From contig CAYNZZ010000015.1 of the NCBI GenBank assembly GCA_964401865.1, positions 1 to 26,780 of the forward strand: 26,780 nt of DNA. The letters are read 5' to 3'. Each line of letters starts with the position of its first letter. The first letter of the stretch is position 1. A program made the position numbers and the translations under genes. This stretch comes from an uncultured Erysipelotrichaceae bacterium (GTDB lineage Bacteria; Bacillota_I; Bacilli_A; Erysipelotrichales; Erysipelotrichaceae). The notes under the pieces are model-generated. The model did no database searches. It was not told the DNA's origin and saw only the letters and a program-made list of their open reading frames with translations. Shown in pieces: positions 8,867-18,135 of this stretch.

Positions 8867-10213
8867 ATGACACAAAAAGTTATGCCATATAGCCCGGAAG
8901 CTGAAGAATCTTTATTGGGCAACATTATGTTATATGAAGATGCGATGCAGGAAAGTGATGAAGCTGGATTAGTTGCCAGTGACTTTTATTTGGATAAACA
9001 TCGCCAAATCTACAACATCATGGATAACATGTATCAAAAGAAAGAAAAGATTGATGTAACTTCATTATCTAGTAAACTAAAGGATTTCGAGATATTTGAA
9101 AAAATTGGCGGTTTTGAGTATCTTTTGCACCTTACATCATCGACTATTTCAAGAAACAATACTAAAGAATATATTGATATTATTAAAAATAAGTCGATAG
9201 CTAGAAAAATTATTGAGGCAGGGCAAAGAATAGCCGACGATGGTTATAACGGAAGTGTGGCGGTCGATGAATTAGTAGATAACGCTGAAAAATACATTTT
9301 AGATGTTACTAGAAGCAGAACTGTATCAGACTTTAGAAAAGCTGGTGATGTTTTTGGGGAAACAATTGATAAGATTGAAAAAATTCAAGAACGAGGTTCA
9401 ACTATTACCGGTGTCAGGTCTTTATTTTCTGCGCTTGATAATATGACTACCGGTTTCCAAAGAGGCGATCTTATCATTTTAGCTGCTAGACCAAGTGTTG
9501 GTAAGACGGCTTTTGCGCTAAATGTAGCTTTGAATGCGGCTAGTGTTTCTAGTGATGCGGTTGCCATCTTTTCACTCGAAATGCCTTCTGAACAATTGGC
9601 GACTAGAATGTTGGCCATTAAGTCGGAAGTTCAGATTCAGAAATTGAGAACAGGTAAATTAGATGATAACGAGTGGAGTTTAATTCATGAAAGTGTTCAG
9701 GAATTAAAACGTCAGAAGCTATATATCGATGATACACCGGGCATTAAAATAAATGACATTTTTGCCAAGTGTCGTAAATTGAAGAATGACCATGGTTTAT
9801 CATTGGTTATTATCGATTACATGCAGTTAATACTATCTTCTGGCAGAATAGAATCCCGTCAACAGGAAGTATCAGAAATTTCTCGACGTTTAAAGGCTTT
9901 AGCTAGAGAACTGGATGTTCCGGTGATTGCCTTATCACAATTGTCTCGTGCAGTTGAACAGAGAAATGATAAAAGACCAATGCTTTCGGACTTGAGAGAA
10001 TCGGGTTCAATTGAACAGGATGCTGACTTGGTAATGTTTTTATATCGTGATGAGTATTATCAAAAAGAGGAAGAGAAATCTGCAGAAAAAAGAGTTGAAG
10101 TTGAACTGAGTTTAGCTAAACATCGTAATGGTCCTACGGGTAAAGTTATTTTGGCTTTCGAAAAAGAGATTAACCGTTTTTATAGTGTCGAAAATAGCAG
10201 GGGAATCGAATAA
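8867..10213 (+). CDS. dnaB: Replicative DNA helicase DnaB (DnaC of Bacillus nomenclature)
   Basis: N-terminal motif P.S.EAEESLLG. Walker A is ARPSVGKTAFALN and Walker B is VIIDYMQL. The motifs SRRLKALARELDVPVIALSQLSR and ESGSIEQDAD are also present. Confidence 0.95.
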   Translation: MTQKVMPYSPEAEESLLGNIMLYEDAMQESDEAGLVASDFYLDKHRQIYNIMDNMYQKKEKIDVTSLSSKLKDFEIFEKIGGFEYLLHLTSSTISRNNTKEYIDIIKNKSIARKIIEAGQRIADDGYNGSVAVDELVDNAEKYILDVTRSRTVSDFRKAGDVFGETIDKIEKIQERGSTITGVRSLFSALDNMTTGFQRGDLIILAARPSVGKTAFALNVALNAASVSSDAVAIFSLEMPSEQLATRMLAIKSEVQIQKLRTGKLDDNEWSLIHESVQELKRQKLYIDDTPGIKINDIFAKCRKLKNDHGLSLVIIDYMQLILSSGRIESRQQEVSEISRRLKALARELDVPVIALSQLSRAVEQRNDKRPMLSDLRESGSIEQDADLVMFLYRDEYYQKEEEKSAEKRVEVELSLAKHRNGPTGKVILAFEKEINRFYSVENSRGIE

Positions 10214-11733
10214 TGAAGAAGCTTTTGACTGTTTTTTTGGGCTTTGTAGCTAGTGTTGCTATTGTCTATTTCCCTATGATTATTGATAACAACGGCAACG
10301 AAATTGTTGCATATACAAATAATACTTCTGTTTTAGCACAGGATATTTTATATTACAGTGATAAGCCTATTCTTCAACATAAGCTATATCATGACCAAGA
10401 ACTAATTGGTGTGGTCGAAAATGTTGAATGGTTAAACGAACAAATTGATAGTATTTATCAAAATACTTATTCAAATGTTTATAAAAACACTAAGATGTCA
10501 CTTGGGCAAGATGTTTATATTGTTGATGAATATTCATATTACAAGACATCTAATATTGATGAAGAAATTTTTGATTATCTAAGGGATAATCAACTGCTGG
10601 GAATCGAAGCCACTGCAATTGAATTTTCTACGCGTGATGGCGTATATGACATTATCTATATTGATGATATTGAAAAGTTTTATGAGGCAAGAGATAAATT
10701 TTTATTGAATTTTGTATCAGAAGATGCTTTAAAAGCTTTCGGGAATAATGAAGAAAAAGAGATGTCATCGGCATTTGGCTCAAGAGAAATAGGCATGCGT
10801 ATCGCTGAAACAATCAGATCAAAAAAAGCAGTTGCCAAGACTAATGAACTCATGACTGATGTAAATGACATATATGAATTTTTATGTTACGGAAGAAATA
10901 AAGAACGTATATATCATGTTGTTCAAGAGGGAGAAACCTTACAAGGTGTTGGATTCAATTACAGTAATTTATCCCCGCTTCAAATAATGATGTTAAATCC
11001 AGACAAGATATATAATGTCGATCAGGTTCTAACTCCTGGAACCAGATTAAACGTTACTTATTTTAGTTCACCAATTACGGTATATGTTACTAAGGAACGT
11101 TTGGCTGAAGAAGTTATTTTGCCAGATACGCCAATTTATGTCGAAGATCCAAATATGTATGCCGATGAAGAAGAAGTGCGAGCAGAAGAGAAGAATGGTC
11201 GAAAGAATGTATTGTATGAAGAAACATGGGTAAACGGAGTGCTTCAAGGAGCGACGGTTCGATCAGAATATGTTGTTGAAGAACCAATACAAGGCGAGAT
11301 TGCTGTAGGAACTATCCCAGTGCCAAATGTTGGTACAGGTAACTTCATGTGGCCAATTGAAAGCCCAAGAAAGACTTGTTTGTGGATGTGTTATATAAAT
11401 CCTTTCCCTCATCAAGCTTTGGATATCGAAAGCATGTATGATAGATGGGGCGATGTATATGCTGCCGATAATGGAACGGTTGTTGATGTATCTTATGATT
11501 CTATTGGCGGTAATCATATAACTATTGACCATAATAATGGTTACATGACATATTATGGACATTTGTCCGATGTTGCTATTCCAAGTGTTGGCGATACAGT
11601 TCGAAGAGGTCAAAAAATCGGTTTGATTGGCATGACAGGATTGGCAACTGGTCCACACGTTCATTATGCGATGTATCAAAATGGAACTTTAGTAGATCCT
11701 TGTACGGTTTTAAATTGTAATTCGATACCTTGA
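10213..11733 (+). CDS. Membrane-anchored M23 family metallopeptidase with LysM-like and G5-like segments
   Basis: N-terminal TM helix. The LysM-like segment is YHVVQEGETLQGV...LTPGTRLNV. The G5-like segment is EEKNGRKNVLYEETWVNG...GEIAVGT. The C-terminal M23 motifs are HQALDI (HxxxD) and GPHVHYAM (HxH). Confidence 0.85.
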   Translation: MKKLLTVFLGFVASVAIVYFPMIIDNNGNEIVAYTNNTSVLAQDILYYSDKPILQHKLYHDQELIGVVENVEWLNEQIDSIYQNTYSNVYKNTKMSLGQDVYIVDEYSYYKTSNIDEEIFDYLRDNQLLGIEATAIEFSTRDGVYDIIYIDDIEKFYEARDKFLLNFVSEDALKAFGNNEEKEMSSAFGSREIGMRIAETIRSKKAVAKTNELMTDVNDIYEFLCYGRNKERIYHVVQEGETLQGVGFNYSNLSPLQIMMLNPDKIYNVDQVLTPGTRLNVTYFSSPITVYVTKERLAEEVILPDTPIYVEDPNMYADEEEVRAEEKNGRKNVLYEETWVNGVLQGATVRSEYVVEEPIQGEIAVGTIPVPNVGTGNFMWPIESPRKTCLWMCYINPFPHQALDIESMYDRWGDVYAADNGTVVDVSYDSIGGNHITIDHNNGYMTYYGHLSDVAIPSVGDTVRRGQKIGLIGMTGLATGPHVHYAMYQNGTLVDPCTVLNCNSIP

Positions 11734-11744
11734 TGGAGAGAGAT

Positions 11745-12794
11745 ATGAGTAAAAGACTAACGATTATTATTTTTGTGATTCTATTTGCTTGGAATATTAT
11801 TTTAAGTATTGAGCTTTCTAATAATAAAAATGATTCAAAAAAAGATACTCAAATTATCAACAATGTTGTTGAAGGTTTTTCTACCGATTTGACTAAGGTT
11901 TGTGATGAAGTTGCTTCTTCAATTGTGACAATTGAAAGTGGCGGAAGTGTCGCCAGTGGTTTTGTGTATAAGAAACATGATGACACTATCTATCTTTTGT
12001 GTGCCAACCACTCAGTTGATAATCCGGAAAATACATATGTAATATTTGATAATCATTTGAAATTTAAAACTGAATTAGTCGGCAAAGATGAAAAGAGTGA
12101 TGTTGCGGTATTGAAGCTAACTGCTGATTTTGATGTAAAAACAATTGATTTTTCGGATTCATCAACACTAAAAAAAGGAGAATTTCTTTTATCGTTTGGA
12201 AGTACTTCTTCGTCTGAATATGCGTCGGTAATTTTTCTTTCTTTGATGAATGATAATGAATTAGTTGTTGAAAGGACTGCTGTTTTACAAGAAGGGATAG
12301 TTAGATATTATCAGACATTGATTCAGTTAACTTCTGGTATTGAATCAGGTATGAGTGGCGGTCCGATTATCAATATGAATGGTGATGTAGTCGGTATGAC
12401 TTTGATGACAAATAATGATAGTGAAATACTACTGGCTTTAAGTTCTAATGAATTGAAATTGATAGCAAACGCAATTATTGAAAATGGTAGAGTCAATAAA
12501 ATAGAGTTTGGTCTTTCAGGTGTCAGCATTAAAGATTTAGAAAACTATGAGAAAGCAGTTATTGGCATCGATTTCGATATAATTGATGGATATTATGTAA
12601 ACGAAGTGTTACTAGAAAGCTTTGCAAATGAGATTGGTATTATAGAAGGAGATATAATAGTCGGTATAAACGAACAAAACATTGAAGATTATGAAGATGT
12701 TTTAAAGATTCAATATCAAGATGCCAATGCTTTTGAATTTACGATAATTAGAAATGGCGAAAGATTGACATTATCAGGAAATTATAATGATTAA
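11745..12794 (+). CDS. HtrA/DegP-family (S1C) serine protease with C-terminal PDZ-like domain
   Basis: N-terminal TM helix. Triad contexts are LLCANHSV (His), SDVAVLKL (Asp) and GMSGGPIIN (Ser). The PDZ-like tail is GIIEGDIIVGINE. GGAGAGAG precedes the ATG at 11745; TTG 11730 and ATG 11733 are possible alternatives. Confidence 0.85.
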   Translation: MSKRLTIIIFVILFAWNIILSIELSNNKNDSKKDTQIINNVVEGFSTDLTKVCDEVASSIVTIESGGSVASGFVYKKHDDTIYLLCANHSVDNPENTYVIFDNHLKFKTELVGKDEKSDVAVLKLTADFDVKTIDFSDSSTLKKGEFLLSFGSTSSSEYASVIFLSLMNDNELVVERTAVLQEGIVRYYQTLIQLTSGIESGMSGGPIINMNGDVVGMTLMTNNDSEILLALSSNELKLIANAIIENGRVNKIEFGLSGVSIKDLENYEKAVIGIDFDIIDGYYVNEVLLESFANEIGIIEGDIIVGINEQNIEDYEDVLKIQYQDANAFEFTIIRNGERLTLSGNYND

Positions 12795-13251
12795 AGTTAT
12801 TGCGGTCGGAAAAATAAAAAACAAACAACTTGGTGAACTGATTGATGATTATCAAAAAAAGATTAATCTTTATCACAAAATTGAAGTCATTGAGGTCAAA
12901 GATGAAGCTATTGTGAGTAATGACAGCCCGTCATCAATTTTAGATAAAGAAGCTTTAAGGGTATTGAAATACATCAAAGACGATGATTATGTAGTGTTAT
13001 TAGATCTTCATGGTCAGATGATAGATTCAATAGAATTTGCTCAAAAGTTAGAAAAGATGTTTATTACTTATAGCAAGGTTATATTTGTCATAGGTGGTTC
13101 TTTAGGCCTTGGTGATAAATTATATACCAGGGCAAATTATAGATTAAAACTATCGCCGATGACCTTTTTACACAGTATGACAAGATTGATTTTGCTTGAG
13201 CAAATCTATCGTGCATTTAAAATAAATAATAACGAAACATATCACAAATGA
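12787..13251 (+). CDS. rlmH: 23S rRNA (pseudouridine1915-N3)-methyltransferase RlmH (SPOUT)
   Basis: 154 aa. The N-terminus is MIKVIAVGKIK. The sequence FVIGGSLGL...LKLS.MTF.H...R..L.EQIYRA...N..YHK is the RlmH pattern. Confidence 0.9.
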   Translation: MIKVIAVGKIKNKQLGELIDDYQKKINLYHKIEVIEVKDEAIVSNDSPSSILDKEALRVLKYIKDDDYVVLLDLHGQMIDSIEFAQKLEKMFITYSKVIFVIGGSLGLGDKLYTRANYRLKLSPMTFLHSMTRLILLEQIYRAFKINNNETYHK

Positions 13252-13276
13252 TGTTTTGTAATCGTTTTCATTTTTA

Positions 13277-13305
13277 TTGAAAAAAGCGATGTATTGTATT
13301 AGAAT
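13277..13305 (+). promoter_or_regulatory. Putative sigma-A promoter of ptsH
   Basis: TTGAAA (13277-13282), a 17-nt spacer, then TAGAAT (13300-13305). It lies about 30 nt upstream of the ptsH RBS AGGAGG (13318-13323). Confidence 0.6.
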
Positions 13306-13333
13306 AAGTATGAGACTAGGAGGATATGATTTT

Positions 13334-13600
13334 ATGGTAGAACTGAAGGTGGTTGTAATTGATCCTGTTGGACTACATGCTCGTCCTGCCACTGTAGCTG
13401 TTAATGCAGCAAGCAAGTTTAAAAGCGAAGTAAAGGTGACTTATAAAGACAGAACTGTTAATATGAAGTCTATTATGGGTGTTATGTCTTTGGGCATTCC
13501 AACTCAATCAGAAATCGTTATTACTTGCGAGGGCGAAGATGAAGAAGTAGCTGCGCACACAATTGAAGAAATCTTAAAAACACAAAAAGTTATTGCATAA
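13334..13600 (+). CDS. ptsH: Phosphocarrier protein HPr
   Basis: MVELKVVVIDPVGLHARPATV contains the His15 site. KSIMGVMSLG contains the Ser46 site. The protein is 88 aa from the ATG at 13334. The upstream in-frame extension from the TTG at 13277 would overlap the promoter. Confidence 0.95.
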   Translation: MVELKVVVIDPVGLHARPATVAVNAASKFKSEVKVTYKDRTVNMKSIMGVMSLGIPTQSEIVITCEGEDEEVAAHTIEEILKTQKVIA

Positions 13601-13620
13601 TAGAAATAATAATAGAGATT

Positions 13621-13645
13621 AAGGGAGAGTGTGCTCCCTTTTTTA
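13621..13645 (+). terminator. Rho-independent terminator after ptsH
   Basis: AAGGGAG (13621-27) pairs with CTCCCTT (13634-40) across a 6-nt loop, then TTTT. Confidence 0.75.
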
Positions 13646-13659
13646 AAAGGAGAGGAATT

Positions 13660-15339
13660 ATGACTTATATAGATAATCTTAACTATTGGAAAGAACATTC
13701 AAATTTAGATTTAGAACTTAGAGAAGAACTCGAAACACTTAACGAAAAACAATTAGAAGATGCTTTTTATACTGATGTCAAGTTTCAGACAGCCGGTATG
13801 AGAGGTTTGATGGGTGTTGGAACCAACAGAATAAACATTCATACTATCCGCAAAGCTACCATGGGCTTCATCAATTATTTAAAGAAAATAAGTGATAAAC
13901 CTTCAGTAGCCATTTCGTATGATAATCGTAAAGATTCTAGAAAATTCGCATATGATTGTGCCGATTTATTAGCCAGTTATGGCGTTGAATCTTATGTTGC
14001 ATCATCTTTGAGACCTACACCAGAATTATCATTTATGGTTAGGTACTATAAGTGTGATGGTGGAATTATGATTACAGCGAGTCATAATCCAAAAGAATAC
14101 AATGGTTACAAGTTGTATGATGAAAACGGCTGTCAACTAATTCCTGAATTGGCTGCTAAAGTCATTGATGAAATTGAAAAGCTAAATGATCCTTTATCTA
14201 TCGTTCCTTTTGATGTAAATAAAGATTTAATCCATGAAGTCGATGAGGAAGTTGATAAAGCATATTATGAAAATGTATTATCAATTCGTTTAAATAAGGA
14301 CATCAATAAAGATTTTGTGATTGCCTTCTCTCCTGAGCATGGTGCAAGTCATAAACCGGTAGTTGATACATTGAAACTGGCTGGTTATCATGTAGAAAAA
14401 GTTGAGTCGCAATGCATCCCTGATCCTGCTTTTTCAAATACTAAGACTCCTAATCCTGAAGAAGCTTTAGCTTATGAGGGGGTATTGAGTTTAGCGAAAG
14501 AAGTAAACGCCGATTTGATTTTAGTTTGTGATCCTGATGGCGATAGAATGGGTGTCGGCATTAAACATCAGGGCGAATATATTATCTTTAATGGTAACCA
14601 AACTGGCGCTTTATTATTGGAATACATTTTACACTCTCATAAGGAATTAGGAATCAAAGTTAAAAATCCGGTGATGTTCAATACTATCGTAACTAGTGAT
14701 ATCGGTGAAGCAGTTGCATCATATTATGGTGTCGAAACAGAAAAAACATTAACAGGCTTTAAGTATATTGGCGATAAGATCGCTAGATATGAAAATAGCA
14801 AAGAAAAAACCTATGTCTTTGGTTATGAAGAATCATATGGTTCTTTGATTAGCCCATTTGTTAGAGATAAAGATGCTACTCAAGCTTGTTTGATGTTAAG
14901 TGAAGCGTGTGCATATTATAGAGAACATGGTAAGACATTAAAAGATGTCCTCGATGAAATTTATGCTCGTTTAGGAGTATATCAAGATTCTCAATTATCT
15001 ATCAGTTTGCCTGGTCAAGATGGTGCAAAGCGTCTTCAAGAAATCATGGCTAACACTAGGATAAATCCAATTGAAAAGATTGAAGATAATCGTGTGGTTA
15101 AATGGGAAGACTACTTGAAACAAGAAATTCATACCGAAGATGGTGTAAGTAAATTGAGCGGTTATGATCTTGCTGATGTATTGAAATATTATTTTGAAGA
15201 TGGTTCATTCATCGCTATCAGACCTAGCGGTACTGAACCAAAATGTAAAGTTTACTTCTCGATTAAAGACAGCACTGTTGAAGAGGCGACTTCTAAAATG
15301 GAACGTTATAAAGCATATATGAGTGAATTGTTAAGATGA
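13660..15339 (+). CDS. pgcA: Alpha-phosphoglucomutase / phosphohexomutase (PgcA-type)
   Basis: The active-site loop is TASHNPKEYNGYK and the Mg site is DPDGDR. The sugar-binding motif GYEESYG and the phosphate-binding motif IRPSGTEPK are present. The 559-aa length is typical of the Gram-positive PgcA class. Confidence 0.88.
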   Translation: MTYIDNLNYWKEHSNLDLELREELETLNEKQLEDAFYTDVKFQTAGMRGLMGVGTNRINIHTIRKATMGFINYLKKISDKPSVAISYDNRKDSRKFAYDCADLLASYGVESYVASSLRPTPELSFMVRYYKCDGGIMITASHNPKEYNGYKLYDENGCQLIPELAAKVIDEIEKLNDPLSIVPFDVNKDLIHEVDEEVDKAYYENVLSIRLNKDINKDFVIAFSPEHGASHKPVVDTLKLAGYHVEKVESQCIPDPAFSNTKTPNPEEALAYEGVLSLAKEVNADLILVCDPDGDRMGVGIKHQGEYIIFNGNQTGALLLEYILHSHKELGIKVKNPVMFNTIVTSDIGEAVASYYGVETEKTLTGFKYIGDKIARYENSKEKTYVFGYEESYGSLISPFVRDKDATQACLMLSEACAYYREHGKTLKDVLDEIYARLGVYQDSQLSISLPGQDGAKRLQEIMANTRINPIEKIEDNRVVKWEDYLKQEIHTEDGVSKLSGYDLADVLKYYFEDGSFIAIRPSGTEPKCKVYFSIKDSTVEEATSKMERYKAYMSELLR

Positions 15340-15917
15340 TTGAGAATATAAAAAGCTACGCCAAAGAAAACCATGTCCCCATCATTAAAGATGAGGGGCT
15401 TTGGTTTTTATTAAATACCATTAAAGAAAATAAGGCCAAAAAGATACTTGAACTCGGAACAGCTATTGGTTATTCATCAATTGAAATGGCAAAATTGGAT
15501 AAAGACATCAGAATTGACACAATTGAAAGAGATGCCAAAATGTACGAAGAGGCTATTTCCAATATTAAAAAAGAAGGTATGGGTGAACAGATAAAACCAT
15601 ATTTTATGGATATAGATGATTTTTACACCGATGAAATTTATGATTTAATTTTTGTCGATGCGGCAAAAGGCCATTATCATCAGTATTTGGAACAGTTTTA
15701 TGATAATTTAAAGGTTGGAGGAATATTCTTTTTCGACAATATGATATTCCATGACATGATATATAATATCGAGGGCATAAAAAACAGGAATACTAGACAA
15801 TTAGTTAAAAAAATAGTAAAATTTCGACAAATTGTACAAGAAGATAGTCGTTTTGATATAATATTTAAAGATGATATCGGAGATGGAATCTTGATATTAG
15901 TGAAGAAGGAGTTTTAA
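15336..15917 (+). CDS. Class I SAM-dependent O-methyltransferase (COG4122, YrrM/TrmR-like)
   Basis: The SAM motif I is ILELGTAIGYSSI, followed by IFVDAAKG..., typical of the caffeoyl-CoA-OMT-like family. The start has an ATGA overlap with the pgm stop. Confidence 0.8.
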   Translation: MIENIKSYAKENHVPIIKDEGLWFLLNTIKENKAKKILELGTAIGYSSIEMAKLDKDIRIDTIERDAKMYEEAISNIKKEGMGEQIKPYFMDIDDFYTDEIYDLIFVDAAKGHYHQYLEQFYDNLKVGGIFFFDNMIFHDMIYNIEGIKNRNTRQLVKKIVKFRQIVQEDSRFDIIFKDDIGDGILILVKKEF

Positions 15918-15918
15918 T

Positions 15919-17361
15919 ATGAAGGTTAAGAATTTAGTTTTATTTGGTTTTATTCTTTCAGCAATTTCATATCTTTCGAAGCAAATCGAGGAAGAGCAAG
16001 AAGATGAAACGAATTTTTTATCTGAATTAGAAGATATAGATTTGCAACAAGTAAAAAATGAATTAGGTTCAAAATTGGAAAAGGCAATCGTTGAATTCGG
16101 GGATGTAGTAGGTTCTATTACAAAGATAGGAAGCGATGCTTTTGATCGATTCTTAAAAGATGCAACTGACGATCTTCAAGAAGGTGAATTGGTTGAAAAG
16201 TTAAAAGAAGCAATCGTGTCAAAAGAAGTCGAAGAAGAACCTGAAAAAGTTGAAGAAATTGGTGAGGTTGATAAAGTAGAAGCTGAAGCTACTGATGATA
16301 TTGATGAAGTATTAGAAGTATCAACAAATGATTTTGAGGATTTGTTGGAAGTTATCGAAGAAACAGTTGAAGAAGAAAACGAAGACACAACAGAAGATTT
16401 AGATGAAGCGACAGAAGAGGAGTTTTCTGACGAATCAGATGATAGTCTTGAAGAAGCAAACTTTGAAGAGTTCGATAAAACAGAAGAAGCAAGCGAAACA
16501 CCTTCTGAATGTGAAGAAGTTTCAGAAGAAATTGAAGCTCAAGAAGAACCACAGATTGCAGAAGAAGTTCAAGAAGACTCTATGTGGAATCAACCAGAAG
16601 TAAATGCTGATGAACTTTTGAAAGACTTGAAGAACACATTAGATAGTTTCTTTGCCCGCAGCGAAGAAAGCGAACAAGCTAATGTCGAAGAAGAAATGTT
16701 CGAGGAAATCAAAAAAGCTACTGAACAGCCTGAGGAACAAAAAGAAATTGAAGATTTGTTCGAAGAATTATTGGTCGATACAAAAGCCAAAGTTGAAAAA
16801 GAAGTCAATAAAGATGAAATTGATGCAATTTTAAATGAAATTATCGAACAAGAAAATATCGAAGAAGCTGAAGAACCTGCCAAAGCAGAAGAAACAGTGG
16901 ATGAAGAAAATGTTTTTGAAACTGAAGAAACAGAAAACGAAGAAAACGCTCAAGAATATGTTCGAGATTTAATTGAAGAACTTCCTCAAGAGGAAGAAGT
17001 TGAATACGAAGAAGACATTTATGATCAGATAAATAAGCTTTATCCATATTTGAGCAAGACTTTTGTTCGCTCGGTTTTTGATTTAAAAGAAGTAATTGCT
17101 AAAGAATATCCTCAAGATATTGATGTATTAGTACTTCACCGCGTATCATTTGAAAATGTTCTTGACATTCAGCAATTTGTAGAGATTGTTACAAATCATA
17201 AATACAGTGTTAATGTTGATGAACGCAAGATGATCGTTGATTTATTCAAAGTTTATCGCAATACTGATGGCAAGATTTTGACTAACATATTTGAAATAGC
17301 TAACCAAGCCCGTTTGTTGCACGGCGAATACGAAGGTTACAGAGTAGAAGTTAAAGAATAA
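15919..17361 (+). CDS. N-terminally anchored, extremely acidic (Glu/Asp-rich) protein with C-terminal RraB-like domain
   Basis: TM helix LVLFGFILSAISYL. About 340 aa of E/D-rich low complexity follow. The C-terminal about 115 aa (VLVLHRVSFENVLDIQQFVEIVTNHKYSV...LTNIFEIANQARLLHGEYEGYRVE) parallel E. coli RraB ([27 protein letters not shown]...EQLMTLAEKFDVEYDGWGT). The domain call is from memory of the RraB sequence. Confidence 0.6.
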   Translation: MKVKNLVLFGFILSAISYLSKQIEEEQEDETNFLSELEDIDLQQVKNELGSKLEKAIVEFGDVVGSITKIGSDAFDRFLKDATDDLQEGELVEKLKEAIVSKEVEEEPEKVEEIGEVDKVEAEATDDIDEVLEVSTNDFEDLLEVIEETVEEENEDTTEDLDEATEEEFSDESDDSLEEANFEEFDKTEEASETPSECEEVSEEIEAQEEPQIAEEVQEDSMWNQPEVNADELLKDLKNTLDSFFARSEESEQANVEEEMFEEIKKATEQPEEQKEIEDLFEELLVDTKAKVEKEVNKDEIDAILNEIIEQENIEEAEEPAKAEETVDEENVFETEETENEENAQEYVRDLIEELPQEEEVEYEEDIYDQINKLYPYLSKTFVRSVFDLKEVIAKEYPQDIDVLVLHRVSFENVLDIQQFVEIVTNHKYSVNVDERKMIVDLFKVYRNTDGKILTNIFEIANQARLLHGEYEGYRVEVKE

Positions 17362-17362
17362 T

Positions 17363-17989
17363 ATGGACGAAAATAAAGATAAAAAAGATTCTTTTGACAT
17401 TCCATCTTTTGTGACGAAAGAAGATGAAAATATTGATATGTCAGTATTCTATCTTGATGAAGAAGAACAGAAGGAAGAGCCAAAAAAACCTAAAAAGAAT
17501 AATAAACAGATTATCTTGATTGTTGTGATTGCAATACTGGCGGTTTTGGTTGCGACAATGGGCATTACATATGCATATAATAGATGTGAGAAAGCTAAGG
17601 AAGAAGAGCGTCTGCGTCTAGAAGAGATTGCAAAGCAGGAAGCTGCGCAAAAAGAGGCTCAAAAGAAGGCTGAAGAGGAAGAGAAGCTTAAACAAGAAGA
17701 AGCTGCAAGACTTGAAGCTGAAAAGAAGAAAAATCTTGGCAAGTATATGATACAAGTAACTGTTCGTTTACGTCAGGGTCCAAGTACCAATGATAGCCTA
17801 GTTGAATATGAAGATTTACCAGATAATCTTTTAGAATTAACTGATGAGGCATTACTTCTAGAGGGAGCTAGTGTTGAAGTTTTGGAATTTAAAGAAGACA
17901 GCACTAACAATATGAAGTGGGGAAGAATAGCTGATAATGTTTGGTTCTGTATTCAAAATGGCGATGATATCTACGCATCAAAAGAATAG
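17363..17989 (+). CDS. Bitopic membrane protein: acidic N-tail, TM helix, K/E-rich coiled-coil, C-terminal SH3b-like domain
   Basis: TM helix IILIVVIAILAVLVATMGITYAY. The KE-rich segment is KAKEEERLRLEEIAKQEAAQKEAQKKAEEEEKLKQEEAARLEAEKKK. The C-terminus VTVRLRQGPSTNDSLV...GASVEVLEF......WGRI..NVWF fits the bacterial SH3 pattern. The start is 2 nt after the upstream stop. Confidence 0.55.
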   Translation: MDENKDKKDSFDIPSFVTKEDENIDMSVFYLDEEEQKEEPKKPKKNNKQIILIVVIAILAVLVATMGITYAYNRCEKAKEEERLRLEEIAKQEAAQKEAQKKAEEEEKLKQEEAARLEAEKKKNLGKYMIQVTVRLRQGPSTNDSLVEYEDLPDNLLELTDEALLLEGASVEVLEFKEDSTNNMKWGRIADNVWFCIQNGDDIYASKE

Positions 17990-18019
17990 ATTGTCAAACA
18001 ATTTAATTAAATTAATGAT

Positions 18020-18060
18020 ATCCTTACGTTTCAATTTATGAGATGTAAGGATTTTTTTAT
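18020..18060 (+). terminator. Rho-independent terminator
   Basis: ATCCTTAC (18020-27) pairs with GTAAGGAT (18045-52), with possible further imperfect pairing inside. It is followed by a T7 run. Confidence 0.8.
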
Positions 18061-18078
18061 TTTTTTATTATAAAAGTA

Positions 18079-18107
18079 TTGTTTTTATATGTACTTATAA
18101 ATATAAT
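18079..18107 (+). promoter_or_regulatory. Putative promoter of the XRE-cupin/potABCD unit
   Basis: TTGTTT (18079-84), a 17-nt spacer, then TATAAT (18102-07). Confidence 0.5.
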
Positions 18108-18135
18108 AATACTGTTTAATAAACTTATCTTAAAT

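Noticed and set aside
16176-17047. Cluster of 60-97-aa ORFs on both strands inside the acidic-protein gene: 16176-16388, 16352-16552, 16403-16603, 16590-16883, 16652-16834 and 16841-17047.
   Set aside because: They are frame artefacts of GAA/GAT-rich low-complexity DNA. The translations are monotonous Ser/Phe/Leu or Lys-rich strings with no RBS, all nested within the 480-aa ORF.
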